From Macrostomum lignano (taxonomy: Eukaryota): a stretch of DNA of 43,345 bases. Positions within the stretch are counted from its first letter, which is position 1. Every line of letters begins with the position of its first letter. The stretch covers positions 1-43,345 of the forward strand of contig NIVC01004524.1 of NCBI GenBank assembly GCA_002269645.1. Direction: 5' to 3'. Below are positions 41,225-43,345 of the stretch, one piece after another. The position numbers and the translations under genes are program-made. The notes beneath the pieces were generated by a model, which saw only the letters and a program-made list of their open reading frames with translations, did no database searches and was not told the DNA's origin.

Positions 41225-43345
41225 TCGATAGAAATGCCGATAGAAATGTCGATAGAAATGTCGATAGAAATGCCGATACAAATGTCGATAGAAATGTCGA
41301 TAGAAATGCTGATAGAAATGTCGATAGAAATGTCGATAGAAATGTCGATAGAAATGCTGATAGAAATGTCGATAGAAATGTCGATAGAAATGCTGATAGA
41401 AATGTCGATAGAAATGTCGATAGAAATGCCGATAGAAATGCCGATAGAAATGTCGATAGAAATGTCGATAGAAATGTCGATAGAAATGTCGATAGAAATG
41501 CCGATAGAAATGAAATGCTGATAGAAATGTCGATAGAAATGTCGATAGAAATGTCGATAGAAATGCTGATAGAAATGTCGATAGAAATGTCGATAGAAAT
41601 GCTGATAGAAATGTCGATAGAAATGTCGATAGAAATGTCGATAGAAATGTCGATAGAAATGCCGATAGAAATGTCGATAGAAATGTCGATAGAAATGTCG
41701 ATAGAAATGCCGATAGAAATGTCGATAGAAATGTCGATAGAAATGCCGATACAAATGTCGATAGAAATGTCGATAGAAATGCTGATAGAAATGTCGATAG
41801 AAATGTCGATAGAAATGTCGATAGAAATGCTGATAGAAATGTCGATAGAAATGTCGATAGAAATGCCGATAGAAATGTCGATAGAAATGTCAATAGAAAT
41901 GTCGATAGAAATGCCGATAGAAATGTCGATAGAAATGTCGATAGAAATGCTGATAGAAATGTCGATAGAAATGTCGATAGAAATGTCGATAGAAATGCTG
42001 ATAGAAATGTCGATAGAAATGTCGATAGAAATGCCGATAGAAATGTCGATAGAAATGTCAATAGAAATGTCGATAGAAATGCCGATAGAAATGTCGATAG
42101 AAATGTCGATAGAAATGCCGATAGAAATGTCGATAGAAATGTCAATAGAAATGTCGATAGAAATGCCGATAGAAATGTCGATAGAAATGTCGATAGAAAT
42201 GCTGATAGAAATGTCGATAGAAATGTCGATAGAAATGCCGATAGAAATGCCGATAGAAATGTCGATAGAAATGTCGATAGAAATGTCGATAGAAATGTCG
42301 ATAGAAATGCCGATAGAAATGATAGAAATGCTGATAGAAATGTCGATAGAAATGTCGATAGAAATGCTGATAGAAATGTCGATAGAAATGTCGATAGAAA
42401 TGCTGATAGAAATGTCGATAGAAATGTCGATAGAAATGCTCGATAGAAATGTCGATAGAAATGTCGATAGAAATGCGATAGAAATGCTGATAGAAATGTC
42501 GATAGAAATGTCGATAGAAATGTCGATAGAAATGTCGATAGAAATGTCGATAGAAATGTCGATAGAAATGTCGATAGAAATGTCGATAGAAATGTCGATA
42601 GAAATGTCGATAGAAATGTCGATAGAAATGTCGATAGAAATGTCGATAGAAATGTCGATAGAAATGTCGATAGAAATGTCGATAGAAATGTCGATAGAAA
42701 TGCTGATAGAAATGTCGATAGAAATGTCGATAGAAATGCCGATAGAAATGTCGATAGAAATGTCAATAGAAATGTCGATAGAAATGCCGATAGAAATGCG
42801 ATAGAAATGTCGATAGAAATGCTGATAGAAATGTCGATAGAAATGTCGATAGAAATGCCGATAGAAATGCCGATAGAAATGTCGATAGAAATGTCGATAG
42901 AAATGTCGATAGAAATGTCGATAGAAATGTCGAAATAGAAATGCCGATAGAAATGATAGAAATGTCGATAGAAATGTCGATAGAAATGCTGATAGAAATG
43001 TCGATAGAAATGTCGATAGAAATGTCGATAGAAATGTCGATAGAAATGCTGATAGAAATGTCGATAGAAATGTCGATAGAAATGCCGATAGAAATGTCGA
43101 TAGAAATGTCGATAGAAATGCTGATAGAAATGTCGATAGAAATGTCGATAGAAATGTCGATAGAAATGAAATGCTGATAGAAATGTCGATAGAAATGTCG
43201 ATAGAAATGCTGATAGAAATGTCGATAGAAATGTCGATAGAAATGCCGATAGAAATGCCGATAGAAATGTCGATAGAAATGTCGATAGAAATGTCGATAG
43301 AAATGTCGATAGAAATGCCGATAGAAATGAAATGCTGATAGAAAT
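41225..43345. repeat. 12-bp satellite (TCGATAGAAATG)n running off the window end
   Basis: About 2.1 kb visible, with variants CCG, CTG and TCA at the first three positions. Confidence 0.99.

Noticed and set aside
41192-43177. Long ORFs (524, 429, 180 aa; SIEM, FLST, FYRH repeats)
   Set aside because: Stop-free frames of the 12-bp satellite, with no unique sequence or splice context.

Overview
Eukaryotic, intron-rich animal DNA. The GC-rich Ala/Gln-rich exons and microsatellite/minisatellite-filled introns look like a free-living flatworm such as Macrostomum; this is inference from sequence style only. Four protein-coding genes were reconstructed by hand from GT-AG junctions and phase matching. 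(1) A ~16-exon PARP4/vault-PARP-like gene on the minus strand (~1-11240): BRCT, WGR-like/helical, ART with intact H-Y-E triad, VIT, VWA with intact MIDAS; it apparently ends in a TPR-like segment rather than the long MVP-binding tail. (2) A 2-exon C18orf21/RMP24-like Rpr2-family gene, probably the RNase MRP subunit (16419-18096, +). (3) A 4-exon thymine DNA glycosylase (18406-22671, +) with a long N-terminal AANQS-repeat region encoded by tandem CCAAT-box DNA and two substitutions in the base-binding pocket; it lies ~310 bp behind gene 2 in an operon-like arrangement. (4) A Kv3/Shaw potassium channel (T1 exon at 31091-31917 through S6 exon at 39007-39306, +) with a charge-reduced, proline-containing S4, a probable ~240-aa N-terminal extension (polyQ plus a 19-Cys cluster), and complementary (TCAG)n/(CTGA)n tracts flanking the T1 exon. 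The rest is tandem repeats (several built from CCAAT, GATA or E-box motifs), a hAT-like MITE family (3 copies), tRNA-derived and CORE-like SINE pieces, a foldback-like element, and a 12-bp satellite running off the right end. There are no rRNA genes, true tRNA genes or CRISPR arrays. All homology calls are from recalled family motifs; no searches were run.
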